This document shows, in pieces, positions 17,408-28,600 of a stretch of DNA of 57,633 nt; positions within the stretch are counted from its first letter, which is position 1; each line of letters starts with the position of its first letter. Below the pieces are notes generated by a model. It saw only the letters and a list, made by a program, of their open reading frames with translations, was not told the origin of the DNA and made no database searches. Both the position numbers and the translations under genes were made by a program. This DNA is from Nitrospinota bacterium (GTDB lineage Bacteria > Nitrospinota > Nitrospinia > Nitrospinales > JACRGP01), in NCBI GenBank assembly GCA_016217765.1, contig JACRGP010000085.1, positions 1 through 57,633 of the forward strand. The letters are read 5' to 3'.

Positions 17408-18595
17408 TCATCGCCGTTCCAGGGGGACGTAAGTCCTCATATTCTCCAGACCGGGCCCCGTATATTTCTGCGTCGGCCTGTAGAGCGGCCCGTTGACTTT
17501 CCTCTGCCGCGCGTTGTTGGCGATCCAGCCGAAATGCCGGCTCGCCTGGAACAGCGGGGTGTTGACCCTCTTGGGAATCCCGATTATTTTCAGCAGGAGA
17601 CTGATCGGCAGATCGGCGTTCGGCGCCCGGTCTTTTTCCTTCAACATGATTTCGCCGATGATGTCGTAGATTTCAAAATAATGCCCCAGCCCCTTTTTCT
17701 CCGCCAGCGGCCGGGCGATCCCCTCGGCGATCCGCACCCTGGATTCGACCGCGTGTTTGTAATGTTTCAGCCGGTGTCCGAACCCGAACACGATCTCCCT
17801 GTTTTTCAGCTTCCCGTGGATATACGCCTTGGCGTTTCCGGGTTTTCCTATTTCGTCGAACATGTCCGAGGCCATCTCGTTCGCTCCGCCGTGCCGGATG
17901 CCCTTCAAAGCCACGCCCGCCGCCAGCAGGGGCCCATAGGGATCCGTCAGCGACGACTCCGCCACGAGAGAAGCGAACGTGGAGCAGTTGAGGGTATGCT
18001 CCAGATAAAGGACGAGGACGGCGTTGAGCGCCGCCACCGATTCTTCCTCCAGCTTTATGCCGAGCATATTCAGGAAATTCGCGGCGAAGCTCAACGCGGG
18101 GTCCGATGGGACCATCGCTTGACCCGTCAGGATCCGATAGCCTTTGGCGACAATGGCGGGGATCTTCGCCCCGATGCGCGTCCCCGCCTCGACGATGAGC
18201 CTAGCGAGTTTCTCCGGCTCCGCGCGGGGTTTTTGCCACAGCGGATTTTGGTAGTCCTCGTCGAACATGCGGGCGTAGGACAAAACGGTCAGGAGAAAAT
18301 CCATCATATGGACGTCCTTGGGATAACCGTGCATGTGCTGGAGTATCTGTTTGTCCAGCCCGGAGTGTTGCCTGAGCCTTCGGGAAAACTCCGCAAGTTC
18401 GTCCTTGTTGGGAAGCCGGTCTTCCAGGAGGAGGTAGACGCTTTCCTCGAACGGCCCCTTCGCCAGGTCGTAAATGCTGTGCCCCCTGTAAAGAAGGATG
18501 GGAGTCCCGTCGGCCGCCGCGGTCGTGAGCGAGATGTCCGAAGAGCAGACGGGAACTCCGTCGAGACCGTTATCCAACGTGTTGGGCGTTTCCAT
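17408..18595 (-). CDS. Citrate synthase family enzyme, probable 2-methylcitrate synthase by context
   Basis: Citrate synthase signature region 'IVFGFGHRLKHYK' and 'NADLPISL'. Adjacent to prpB and prpD. Confidence 0.75.
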   Translation of the reverse strand: METPNTLDNGLDGVPVCSSDISLTTAAADGTPILLYRGHSIYDLAKGPFEESVYLLLEDRLPNKDELAEFSRRLRQHSGLDKQILQHMHGYPKDVHMMDFLLTVLSYARMFDEDYQNPLWQKPRAEPEKLARLIVEAGTRIGAKIPAIVAKGYRILTGQAMVPSDPALSFAANFLNMLGIKLEEESVAALNAVLVLYLEHTLNCSTFASLVAESSLTDPYGPLLAAGVALKGIRHGGANEMASDMFDEIGKPGNAKAYIHGKLKNREIVFGFGHRLKHYKHAVESRVRIAEGIARPLAEKKGLGHYFEIYDIIGEIMLKEKDRAPNADLPISLLLKIIGIPKRVNTPLFQASRHFGWIANNARQRKVNGPLYRPTQKYTGPGLENMRTYVPLERR

Positions 18596-18598
18596 AGG

Positions 18599-19441
18599 TC
18601 AAGGTTTATAGTCGAGAAGCTGGTTGATCTCGGCCCTGCTCATCATGCCTGGAACAAGGCCCTCCTGCGTTCCGTCCTCCCGCAAGCGCGAAAGGAAAAT
18701 CCGGGTCTGCCCCGCGTGGTACCGAAACAGGGAAACGGGGAAAACGACCATGTCGTACCCCATTTCCACGAACTCCCGCGCTGTAATGAACGGCGTCTGT
18801 CCGAACTCCGTCATGTTGGCCAGCAAGTATCCGGGGACCTCTTTCCGGTAGCGGGCGAACTCTTCCCGGCTCCTCAAGGCTTCGGGGAAAACCGCGTCGG
18901 CTCCCGCCTCCCGATACAACCGGCCGCGCGCGACGGCTTCCTCGAACTGAACGCCTTCCGCGATATTCGAGGCGCCGCGCGCGTCCGTCCTGGCGACGAC
19001 GAGGAACTCCGGACCATGCCGGTCGCGCGCTGAAGCCGCATCCCTGATTCTGGCGGCCATCTCGTCCGCGGGGACGACCTCCTTCCCGGCCAGGTGGCCG
19101 CATCTTTTCGGAAAGACCTGGTCCTCGATGTGCAGGCCGGAAATTCCCGCCCCGATGTACCGCTTGACGGTCTCGCCGGCGTTTTGGAATCCCGTATCCG
19201 CGTCGCAGAGGACGGGGACGCCGGCGGACTTGACGATCCAGCCGCCGAGATAGAGAAAATCCTCGATCCCCAGGGAGCCGTCGTCCGGAACGCCGAGGCT
19301 GTTGGACAGTCCGGCGCCGGATATGTAAACGCCGGCGAATCCCGCCTGGGCGATCTGCTTCGCCGCGAACGCGTTATAGGCGCCGGGCAGGACCAGGCGT
19401 TTTCCGGATTCCAGCGTTTTTCGCAAACCCCCATCGACCAT
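18599..19441 (-). CDS. prpB: Methylisocitrate lyase (isocitrate lyase/PEP mutase family)
   Basis: 'LHIEDQVFPKRCGHLAGKEVV' matches the catalytic KRCGH loop. 'VARTDA' is also present. Confidence 0.8.
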   Translation of the reverse strand: MVDGGLRKTLESGKRLVLPGAYNAFAAKQIAQAGFAGVYISGAGLSNSLGVPDDGSLGIEDFLYLGGWIVKSAGVPVLCDADTGFQNAGETVKRYIGAGISGLHIEDQVFPKRCGHLAGKEVVPADEMAARIRDAASARDRHGPEFLVVARTDARGASNIAEGVQFEEAVARGRLYREAGADAVFPEALRSREEFARYRKEVPGYLLANMTEFGQTPFITAREFVEMGYDMVVFPVSLFRYHAGQTRIFLSRLREDGTQEGLVPGMMSRAEINQLLDYKP

Positions 19442-19442
19442 T

Positions 19443-20852
19443 TTATTTCACCTCGCACAGCCGCGCCAAAGCGCCGATGTCCTTGAGTTCGTCGAGGCCC
19501 CACACCGTCTTTATAATGTCCTCCTGGCGCTTGCCGCCAAATACCGGAGCGGTCGCCGTCCTGAACTTGTCCTCGATCTCCTTCGGGGTCAAGGGGTTGT
19601 TGGGATGCCCTTTCGGGTCGATCGTCTCATGTTCGAAGACGCGTCCGTCCGTCAGGGTAACGGCGACCTTGTTGGGAAACGACTTCCCGTAAATGTCCGT
19701 GTATTCTTTTTTTTCCGCCACCTCGACTTTTTGGACGAGGGCCAGCAGTTCCGGGTCCCTGAACCGCTTTTCCGCGAATTGTTCGAGGGCGATGTTTCCG
19801 TCCATGAGAGCGGCCGCGACGATATACGGCATGCTATGGTCCGCGGTTTCCTTCGTGTCGGGTCTCCACTTGGCGGACTCCCTGCCGATGATGTCGTACG
19901 AGTGGAAACTGGTATCGACGCGAACCCTCGCGATGTCCTTCACGCCCTCCGGGCCGATGGTCTTCCGCAACTCCAGGGCCGACCCTATGGCGCTTTGGGA
20001 ATGATACTCCGCCGGGAAATACTTGATGTAGGTATCGTCGATTTTGAACGCTTCGCCGTCCTGCCCGCCAAAACGCTCCGCCAGATCGAACTCCCCCTGC
20101 GTGATCTGGTTGATCAACCCATGCTTCCCCAGAAAGATATCGCCCGGCCCGGTCATCCCATGTTTGACGTACAGCGCGGCGCGCACGGCATTTTGCGCGG
20201 CCTGGGCGAACGCGGCGGCCTTCCATTGCGAGATGGAGCCGATGCGCGTCTGCCGCAGATAATTTCCCGTGGTCACGGCGATGGCGATCGTATCGCGGAT
20301 GCGCTCCGGCGAAAAAGCCATGAGTTTCGCGGCCGCGGAGGCGCTGGACACGGAACCGTAGGTCACGTGGTCCCACCCTTTTTTCCGTATGCCCGCCGCG
20401 TCGCACAACCGGCACTGCAGTTCGTAGGCGACGACGGTCGCCAGGAGCAGGTCCTTTCCCGTCTTGCCTTCCGCTTCCGCCAGGGCGAGGCAGGCGGCGA
20501 TATTGTCGCTGGGGTGGGCCGGTTCCCGGTTCAGATAGGTGTCGTTCCAGTCCAACGCGCGGACCATCGTCCCGAGACAAACCGTAGCGTAATCGACCGG
20601 CGCCTTGTGCGCGGTCCCCAGGACCGTCGCCCCCTTCGCGGACGAGGCTGTCAGGGCGAAACGCCGCAGAGCCTCGACCGGCGGCTCGCGATACGCGGCA
20701 AACGCGACGGCCAGGCTGTCGAGATACCGCTCCTTGACGGACTGGACGGCGGAACGCGTCAGGCTTTCGTACGTCAAGTCCGCGACATAAGCCGTTATCT
20801 GCTTCTCGAATTTATCCATCGACGGGCCTGAAATCGTTGCAAGAACCTGCAC
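19443..20852 (-). CDS. prpD: 2-methylcitrate dehydratase (MmgE/PrpD family)
   Basis: 469 aa with PrpD-like length and layout. The stop is 1 nt from the prpB start. Confidence 0.75.
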   Translation of the reverse strand: MQVLATISGPSMDKFEKQITAYVADLTYESLTRSAVQSVKERYLDSLAVAFAAYREPPVEALRRFALTASSAKGATVLGTAHKAPVDYATVCLGTMVRALDWNDTYLNREPAHPSDNIAACLALAEAEGKTGKDLLLATVVAYELQCRLCDAAGIRKKGWDHVTYGSVSSASAAAKLMAFSPERIRDTIAIAVTTGNYLRQTRIGSISQWKAAAFAQAAQNAVRAALYVKHGMTGPGDIFLGKHGLINQITQGEFDLAERFGGQDGEAFKIDDTYIKYFPAEYHSQSAIGSALELRKTIGPEGVKDIARVRVDTSFHSYDIIGRESAKWRPDTKETADHSMPYIVAAALMDGNIALEQFAEKRFRDPELLALVQKVEVAEKKEYTDIYGKSFPNKVAVTLTDGRVFEHETIDPKGHPNNPLTPKEIEDKFRTATAPVFGGKRQEDIIKTVWGLDELKDIGALARLCEVK

Positions 20853-20857
20853 TATAC

Positions 20858-20945
20858 CTCTCCCCTCCCGAGAGGGAGGGGGCTGGGGGAGGGTAAGATC
20901 GGCTTTTCACCCCCATCCTGACCTTCCCCCTACAAGGGGGAAGGA
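20858..20945. repeat. TIR-less repeat sharing the two internal end-modules of the MITE
   Basis: 'cccctcccgagagggagggggctgggggagggt' resembles the MITE left internal module. 'gcttttcacccccatcctgaccttccccctacaagggggaagg' resembles the right internal module of copy B. Confidence 0.6.
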
Positions 20946-21009
20946 ATTTCGCCGTCATCATCTTCGCGTAATGTATAGCTACTTATGAATTCCCTGGCAA
21001 ATCCATGAA

Positions 21010-21888
21010 CTACAAATCGACGATCTCGCCGTAAGTCCCCAGGGCGACTTGTAAACCGCTCTCCAGGCTTCGCGAACGGGGGACCGTGAAGGTCCCGTTG
21101 CGCGTCAGGGACAACATGTTCTTGAAATTGCGATACCGCTCGTCGGGATATACTGCGCTGGACCGTTTGACGCTGTTGTCCATCTCTTCCTTCGCGTAGG
21201 GAATTTTTTTTATCCCCTGCTCGAAAATCTTTTCCGCGGCCACCGTTAGAGGGGCCGCTCCGTCCTTCGCGTCCTGATACGTGTTGCAGAGAAACCCCTG
21301 CCGGAACAAACCGCATTTCACGGAATAGTCGATGATTTGCCCCGCCGCGCCTTCCGCCCCGTTGCCGAAATTGGCCGGACAAACCAGGGCCCCGGACTTC
21401 AACCGCTCTCCGTCGAACAACTGGAGCGCGTACAGGTCGGAGCAGATGAAGAAGAACGCGTCGGACTCCTCGCCGTCCTGCCGCAACCGGACCCTGTTGA
21501 GCCGGGAGTAGGGAGCCACATCCATTTTCGGGAAAGCCTCGTCGAGGCGCCGCATCTCGAACGACTGTGGCGTTATCTTGGCCTGCGGCGAATGGGTCCG
21601 CCCATTCCGCGAAAAAACGAACAGCGCGTTGTAATTGACGCCCGGCTCCGCATGGGGCAATCCGGGCGCAGGGAGGTTCAGCGTGGTGACGACGCTCGCC
21701 TCCGCCTTCCGGGCCGCCTCGGACAATGCCGCGCAAGCTCTTTTAGATCCCTCGACCGTGTACGCGGCGTATTCCGGGAAAAGGACGGTCTCGCCCTTTT
21801 TCCGCGCCGCGACGGTTTTCAGGATTTCCTCCAACTGCCGGTCCTCGTTGGCCATCCTGAAGGTTTTCGGAATTATTTTCAGAGGCAT
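21010..21888 (-). CDS. Hypothetical protein, possible carbon-nitrogen hydrolase-like fold
   Basis: Protein-like ORF. 'VLFPEY', 'SPQAKITP' and 'FFFICSDL' could be an E-K-C triad. Start chosen at 'MPLKIIP'; the longer ORF reaches 21918. Confidence 0.45.
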   Translation of the reverse strand: MPLKIIPKTFRMANEDRQLEEILKTVAARKKGETVLFPEYAAYTVEGSKRACAALSEAARKAEASVVTTLNLPAPGLPHAEPGVNYNALFVFSRNGRTHSPQAKITPQSFEMRRLDEAFPKMDVAPYSRLNRVRLRQDGEESDAFFFICSDLYALQLFDGERLKSGALVCPANFGNGAEGAAGQIIDYSVKCGLFRQGFLCNTYQDAKDGAAPLTVAAEKIFEQGIKKIPYAKEEMDNSVKRSSAVYPDERYRNFKNMLSLTRNGTFTVPRSRSLESGLQVALGTYGEIVDL

Positions 21889-21928
21889 GACGCCGCTCCC
21901 GCGCTCCCGCGCTTTCATCGGCGCGAAT

Positions 21929-23281
21929 TCACAACCCCTTCCGGGCCTGGTACTTTTTCGTCTCCATGTGCGCGACGGTGTTTTCCAGCACTTCCGGGAC
22001 CGCCTCGCCGAAATAATAGAGCCAACTGTCCAGGTAATGCTTCATGGAGGAATTTTCCTTCACCACGGCGCTGGCCCCCCAGACCTTGACGAGATGATCG
22101 GACGCCTTCTGCGCGACCAGCGAGGCCTTGAGTTTCGCCGAATTCGACGCGATCACGTAGTCCCTCAGCAACTCAGAATCGTCCGGGCCGGCGTCGAAGC
22201 GCGTCTTCAGCCACGCGGCGTGGAAGGTCATGTCCCGCGCGGCGTGGATTTCCATCGACATCTCGGCGATCCGGGCCTTGGTCCGGTCGTATTCGACGAG
22301 GTGTTTGCCGGCGGTCTTCTTGCCCTCCACGACCACTTCCATATACTCGTCGAGGGCCCTCTGCGCCAGGCCGACGGCCAATGCCGCGATCGTGATCCGG
22401 CCCGAATTCAACATCCGCACGGCGTATTGGGCGCCGCTCCCCAGCTTGCCCACCAGGCATTCGGAAGGGACTACCGCGTCATTGAAGACCAACTCGCCGA
22501 AGGACGAGTTCTCGACCGACCGCTTTTCGAAAATCTGCCCCACGCCAAATCCCGGCGTTCCCCGCTCCGCCAGGAACAGGGAAATCCCGCTATTGGGGTC
22601 AGGCGAGGTGCGCGCGAAAACGGCGTATACGTCGGCCGTCTCGGCGTTGGTGATCCACATCTTGTTTCCCGTGATGCGATAACTCGCGCCGTTGGACGAC
22701 GGCTCCGCCCGCGTCGTCATTTCCCGCATGATGTTGGAGCCCGAGGCGGAGGCTTCCGTAAGGCAAAAGGCCGCCAGCTTTTCGCCGGAAACCAGCCGTC
22801 TCAGGACATTTTCCCCGTACGCGGACAGGTCGCCCGCGCCGAGGTTGAACCGCAGTCCTTCCGCCACCGTATTCGAGATGGCGAACCGCACCCCGATGCT
22901 GGGCGACGCCTTGCCCAGGATTTCGAGGAAGGCCGTGAATATCGGGAACGGAATCCCCAGTCCGCCCAACTCCTCGGAGAACGACATCCCGGTGAGTCCC
23001 GACTCCACGATCCGGGCGTAAACCTCCGCCGGGATTTTCTCCTCTTCCCTGACCCTGGCGTAAGTCCGCTCGAACGTCTCCCGGTCGAACTTTCCCTCCT
23101 CCTCCAACAGGGACTTGAAATTCCCGAGAGGGTTTCTGGACCTCTGGCCCTCGGTTTTTTTTTCGGCGGGCAGGACCCTTTGTTCAACCAGTTTCCCGAA
23201 TGTCTCCAACATCTCCAGGAAGGTTTCGTCTCCATACAACATGCGAATCCAGTCTCTCTGACCGCTTGCCACGTAGCTCAT
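21929..23281 (-). CDS. Acyl-CoA dehydrogenase family protein
   Basis: Length and pattern of an acyl-CoA dehydrogenase: 'AFCLTEASASGSN', 'ITGNKMWITN', C-terminal helical domain. Confidence 0.8.
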   Translation of the reverse strand: MSYVASGQRDWIRMLYGDETFLEMLETFGKLVEQRVLPAEKKTEGQRSRNPLGNFKSLLEEEGKFDRETFERTYARVREEEKIPAEVYARIVESGLTGMSFSEELGGLGIPFPIFTAFLEILGKASPSIGVRFAISNTVAEGLRFNLGAGDLSAYGENVLRRLVSGEKLAAFCLTEASASGSNIMREMTTRAEPSSNGASYRITGNKMWITNAETADVYAVFARTSPDPNSGISLFLAERGTPGFGVGQIFEKRSVENSSFGELVFNDAVVPSECLVGKLGSGAQYAVRMLNSGRITIAALAVGLAQRALDEYMEVVVEGKKTAGKHLVEYDRTKARIAEMSMEIHAARDMTFHAAWLKTRFDAGPDDSELLRDYVIASNSAKLKASLVAQKASDHLVKVWGASAVVKENSSMKHYLDSWLYYFGEAVPEVLENTVAHMETKKYQARKGL

Positions 23282-23348
23282 GCGTCACCCGCGCTTTCCG
23301 CAATCAACCTGGACTTTACCGCTCATGCCCTTTTTATCTTTCGGGCGT

Positions 23349-23957
23349 TCAAACGCGATAATTTTTACTTTGCACATAACCTTCCGGCCATCCCTCTTTG
23401 GGCGTCCCCTTCAACACCCACATCACGTCGCTGGCGCTCGCCCTCGGCGAATGCCGGAATACGGGCCGCAGTTCGCCGCCCTTTTTCAGCCGCGCGTAAT
23501 CCTCGACGCGCACCATGCCCGCCGTCAGGGTGTCCAGTTCCGCGCCTTCGGGTCCCGGCAAGACGGCGGAGATCCACGCCACGGTCACCGGCAGTTGGTC
23601 CATGAAACTGATGCCCGCGAGTTCCACGGCGGTGGACAACGTGTTGACGTAAAACCGGGCGCCGTCCGGAAGTTGTTCCCACCGCGTCCGCCCATAACAC
23701 TCCGGGCAGTCGGCGCGCGGCACCTGGAACCTCAAAATTCCGCCCCGGTCGTGACCCCCGGCGTTCTCGCAAACGGTATAGAGCAACCTGGCGTCCTCGC
23801 CGCCCATGATCCCCTTGATGTAGGGCGACATCCCGCCATAACTCTTCTTGTAGCCGATCCGGACCTGGCGGTCCACGATGAGGACCTCGGTTTTGGCGGG
23901 ACGGTATGCCTTGTCGCCCGGGTCCAGCGGTTTGTCCTCGACCGGCATGATCACCAA
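23349..23957 (-). CDS. Zn-ribbon/OB-fold protein (DUF35-like) partner of the thiolase
   Basis: 'CPECYGRTRWEQL' ribbon followed by an OB-like segment. It overlaps the stop of the upstream thiolase-like gene, the usual DUF35/SCP-x thiolase pairing. An alternative start 'MPVEDK' lies at 23948. Confidence 0.6.
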   Translation of the reverse strand: MVIMPVEDKPLDPGDKAYRPAKTEVLIVDRQVRIGYKKSYGGMSPYIKGIMGGEDARLLYTVCENAGGHDRGGILRFQVPRADCPECYGRTRWEQLPDGARFYVNTLSTAVELAGISFMDQLPVTVAWISAVLPGPEGAELDTLTAGMVRVEDYARLKKGGELRPVFRHSPRASASDVMWVLKGTPKEGWPEGYVQSKNYRV

Positions 23958-25372
23958 CCTCTCTCGACGGTAGTCACCGTGATGTCGCTCCCGGTCCCGG
24001 CGTGACTGTGAAACAGAGCGGTTTTCGGGCCGGGGACCTGCGTCTCCGGATGGCCGTATTTCTCTTTTATTTTACCCTGCATCTGCCAGAGGACGTCCAC
24101 GGCCTGGGTGTTGCCCGTCGCGCCCACGGCGTGCATTTGCCCGATCAGGCCGCCGGACGGGTTCACGTACAGCCCCTTCTCCCCGCCTATCCTGGGATTG
24201 ATCGGGACACGGCCGTCGGCGAGAGGCAATGCGGAAAACAACTTGCAGGCGTGTCCATAGGGGGCCATGCCCAGGTCCTCCAGGGTCTGGACGACGGAAA
24301 TGACGAACGCGTCGTGGATCTCGATCAGGTCGAAATACTCCAGCGGATTTCCCCGGATGCCCGCCATTTCGTAAGCTTTTCTGGCCGCCCACCGGCCGGC
24401 GCGGAAAGAGTGCAGGCCGGGATATTCGAGTTGGCGGTAATACTCGACCAGGGCGGGGTCCTCGCGTTCGTGGGGAAACAGCAGGCCGTCCGCGACCAAA
24501 CCGCCGACGGTCCGCGGGCGTTCGCCCGTCCGCATGCAATCGGTCCCGTTGCCGATCCCGGTAACGTACACCGGCTGGTCCGTCAGTTGCCGCGCCAGTT
24601 CCTCGCAGGCCAAGACTACGGCCGAGGCGCCGTCCGTCATCAAACAACAATCGAGCCTGTACGAAGGCGTGGCGACGATGCCGGACTTGACCACGTCGTC
24701 GACGGCGATGAAACCGCTCGTCGAGGCGGTAGAGTAGGGATTTTCGCGGCTGGTCTGGGCCCGGCGGTTGAACTGGGCGTTGTTGCGCATCATGACCGCG
24801 ATCTTGGAGAACGCGTCGCGTATTTCGCCGGCGGAAACCGTCCGGCCCACGAACGTATCGAGATACGACTGGGCCATGGCGGCATAGTAGAGCGGGTAAT
24901 AACCGCCGTTGGGGAAATCGGTTACCGTATCGGAAGCCAGGGCGATGAACTCGTTGCCTTGAAACGTGTCCACCTCGGACATCTTTTCGTAGCCGATGGC
25001 GATAACGATGTCGGCCCTTCCCGACGCGATTTTTTCCATGGCCGCCTGCACGCCCAGCCCGCCCGTGGCGCCGCCGCCGATTACGCGGCAAGCCTCCGCG
25101 GGGTTGAGCCCCAGGTAGTCCCGCGTCAGGGCCTCCCCCAGCAACTGCCCCGCGAAATGGTCGGCGAAATGAGTGATGACGACTCCGCCGCGCTCGCGGA
25201 TGAGTCTCCGGAACTCCTTCGGTTGAAGGCCCAGGTCCGCCACCGCCTCGCGCGCCGCCTGCATGGCCATTTCGAAAAACAGCAAGTCGGGGTTGGCCTT
25301 GGCGAAGTAATCGACCTTCCCCCCGGCAACGAGAGCCACTTTTCTTTGCAACGAGCCGGCCATTTTCAACAA
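23951..25372 (-). CDS. Thiolase-like (SCP-x/non-specific lipid-transfer-type) protein
   Basis: Thiolase-fold pattern: 'GGGATGGLG', 'LMTDGASAVVL', C-terminal 'NPSGGLIGQMHAVGATG'. Confidence 0.75.
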   Translation of the reverse strand: MLKMAGSLQRKVALVAGGKVDYFAKANPDLLFFEMAMQAAREAVADLGLQPKEFRRLIRERGGVVITHFADHFAGQLLGEALTRDYLGLNPAEACRVIGGGATGGLGVQAAMEKIASGRADIVIAIGYEKMSEVDTFQGNEFIALASDTVTDFPNGGYYPLYYAAMAQSYLDTFVGRTVSAGEIRDAFSKIAVMMRNNAQFNRRAQTSRENPYSTASTSGFIAVDDVVKSGIVATPSYRLDCCLMTDGASAVVLACEELARQLTDQPVYVTGIGNGTDCMRTGERPRTVGGLVADGLLFPHEREDPALVEYYRQLEYPGLHSFRAGRWAARKAYEMAGIRGNPLEYFDLIEIHDAFVISVVQTLEDLGMAPYGHACKLFSALPLADGRVPINPRIGGEKGLYVNPSGGLIGQMHAVGATGNTQAVDVLWQMQGKIKEKYGHPETQVPGPKTALFHSHAGTGSDITVTTVERGW

Positions 25373-25685
25373 GTTCCCGCTAGAGATTGAGAGTGTGAAA
25401 ACACGGAGCCCCGGAAGGCGCCGCCGATCGGCAAAACAGCCGCAAGCCGCTTACAATCAATATGAACCTTTTGGGACTGTTTGGCAACGGCCCCGGGGAA
25501 TTTTACCGACTTCCGCGCCCGGCGTTCGCTATTTACTTGCTCCTTTACCCCGCCAAAGGAGTAAACTATATATTGATACGTGGCGGCCAGGGAACGCCCT
25601 GGACTTGAAAAATCAACGCCGCAACATCCCGAGGGAAAAAGCGAGTTCAAAACCCGCCGAAAGGGTTTAACACGGGAGACCGCTT

Positions 25686-28600
25686 ATGGGAAATATTCCA
25701 AGGCATCCGGATTCCCAAACCTGGCGCGCCCAGGCGCCAGTCAGCGCCAAGGGACCTCATTCCATTCTCGATGAAGAACGCTATCTGAACGTCGAGGGCA
25801 ATATCCATTTGACGGGGATTCAGGCCCTGGTCCGACTGCCCTTCGACAATCTCCGGCTCCTCAAAAAGATCCACCCGGACAAAAAGTTCGCCTATTTCAT
25901 CTCCGGGTACGAGGGGAGTCCGCTGGGCGGGCTGGACATCAACCTGCGCAAAATCTACCGCCTCCTGAAAGAGTGGAGGATCCTCCATGTCCCCGGCGGC
26001 AACGAGGAGGCGGGCGCCAACATGGTCTGGGGGAGCCAGTTGCACCGGCTGTTCGGCCCCGCCAAGGTGGACGGGGTCATCGGCGCGTGGTACGGAAAAG
26101 GCCCGGGCGTGCGGCGGATCGCCGACGTGGAGGACCACATGCAGATGGCCGGGTTGGACAAGCTATGCGCCGCCTATTTCATGAGCGGCGACGACCACGC
26201 CGGAAAGAGTAGCACCACGCCGCACCAGACGGACCTGGTCCATTACGCCAACCATGTCCCCACGGCCTATCCGGGCAACGTCCGCGAAATCCTGGAAATC
26301 GGCAAACGCGCGACCCTCGTCTCCCTGATATCGGGGCTTGGCGTCAACCTGAAAGTCGAGACCTGCGTGTGCGACGGCTCCCAGGAGTTCGTCCTTGACC
26401 CGGAGGAGGACGGCGAACTGGCCGAACGGTTCCGGAAATTCGCCGCGCGTCACGCCGATTACAAGAGGTATTTCAGCCCCATCCTCCTCAAACCCCACCT
26501 CCTGGCAAACGAGGAGGAACTTTTTTACTCGAAATTACCGATGGTGCGGGAAATCTCGCGGGAATTCGGCTTCGACGTCTGGGACAACCGGCGGTTGAAA
26601 TCCGATTTCGGCGTCGTCGCCACCGGGAAGAGCTATTACGACCTCCTCGGCGCGTTGAAGGAACTGGGCGTTTCCGCGGACGAAATCGAAATCTACAAAC
26701 CCATGATCACGTGGCCGCCGGACGCGGACTCGTTCCGGGAATTCGCCCACGATAAAAAAGAGATCGTCGTGATCGAGGAAAAGCAGGCCTTCTTCGAGAC
26801 CCACGTCAAGCAGGAGCTTTTCAACGACGCGCGGAGGCCGTCGATCGTCGGCAAGACCGGCGAGAATGGCGAAACGCTGTTCCGGCAGAACGCCAACCTC
26901 GACGCGGACATCATCGCCCGGGTTTTGGGCAGGCGGCTACTCCGGCACGACCGTTTCAAAAACCGGGGGATCGACCGCGTCCTCCGCGAACTGGAGGAAA
27001 CGGCCGAATCGCCCGCGCCCATCGGCGTCAAGCGGCCGCCCGCCTACTGTTCCGGTTGCCAGCACAGGACGGCGCTGGAAATTTCCGGGAGCCGCGACGG
27101 CGAAGAGGCGGTCGAATCCGTGACCGCGGAAACGCGGGACCTCGACGGCAATCCGGTTTCCATGGAGATAACGCCCAGGCACGTCATGGGAATCGGGATC
27201 GGTTGCTCCACCATGTCCATCATCGATTCCCTGTCGAGCAACCGCGCGGTGGCGGTGGGGCCGATGGAGAGCGAGGGCTTGCTGTGGATGGGCGCTTCGG
27301 CGTTCAGCTACCGCATGCACGCCCACCAGGGATGCGGCGACGGGACGTATTTCCATTCCGCGCGCCTGAACATCAGTTTCATCAGGGACGCCATCGAGCA
27401 CCTGAAGGTCCATTACGGCATCGAGGACACCAGCCAGACCCTCCTGTACGTGGACAACAGCGTGGTGGCCATGACCGGCGGTCAGCGCCCGATCGGGCAA
27501 GACGACCCCGAAACCGCCATCGCCACGATCAAGCAGGAGGGGATCGAGTGCGTCGCCCTGGTCGCGGAATTCCCGGAGGAATTCAAACATCTCCAAAAGA
27601 AATACGGCGTCCGGGTCTATCCCAAATCCGACACCCTGAAGGTGAAGGAGGAATTTTCCCAAAAACCGGGGCTCAGCGTCATCTGGTACGTGCAGAAATG
27701 CGGCATCGAGAAAAGCCGCGAGCGGAGAGCAAATCCGGAACTCGCCCCGAAAACGCGGGTGCACGTGAACGCCGAGGTCTGCGAGGACTGCGGCGACTGC
27801 GGCCTGGAGGCCAAGTGCGCCTCGGTATGGAAAACGGACACCGAATTCGGGCCGAAAGTCAGGGTCCACCAATACAGTTGCATCCAGGATTTCGCCTGCG
27901 CCAAGGGGGAATGCCCTTCCTACGTGCGGGTCCACACACGGTCCGGGAGCCCGCTCATCAAGCCAGACATCGAGCGGATCGCCATCGGGGACGGCGAGCT
28001 TGCAGACCCCGAAAGACGGATCGACCCGGAAAAAATCTTCGAGATCTACTCGGTGGGGATCGGCGGCTGGGGGTTGATGACCGCGTATGAAATCCTCGCC
28101 CGCGCGGCCACGAGCGAGGGACTGAACGTCGTCAAGGAAGACGACACGGGGCTTTCGCAGAAGGGCGGCGAGGTGCGCAACAATATAAAAATCTCATGGC
28201 CGGGGAAAAACCTGAACGAAGGGTTCAGCATCGAGGCCGGGGGCGCCGACCTGTATATCGCGTCCGACCTGATCGGCGCCGTCAACCCGGAAAACCTGCG
28301 GGCGGCGTCCAGGCGGAAAACGCGGGCCATCGTCAACACCGCGAAAATACCGACCATGCCCATGATCGTCGGCAAGGCCGTCTACCCGGACCCGGAGAGG
28401 TTGAAGGAAATCGTCGACTCGCACACCGGCGGGGAAAACAACATTTACGTCGACGCCACGGACATTGTCGAGAGCCTGTTCAAGGACTTCAAGCCGACCA
28501 ACTTGTTCCTGCTGGGGATCGCCTTCCAAACCGCCGCGAATTTCCCCATACAGCGCGCGCGGAGCGTCGAGGACGCCATCCGGATCAACGACGTGGAGGC

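Noticed and set aside
16442-19033. Very long ORFs antisense to well-supported genes. Examples: 16442-19033 (863 aa), 21635-23605, 14362-16065, 24002-25390, 4683-5927, 7025-8473, 26937-27935, 34337-35959, 35794-37005, 41753-42955, 43577-44590, 52174-53988, 54279-55685, 39944-40957, 40270-41184.
   Set aside because: They are Arg/Pro/Gly/Leu-rich with no recognisable motifs. Each lies opposite an ORF with clear family signatures. This is the typical stop-codon-poor antisense frame of GC-rich DNA.
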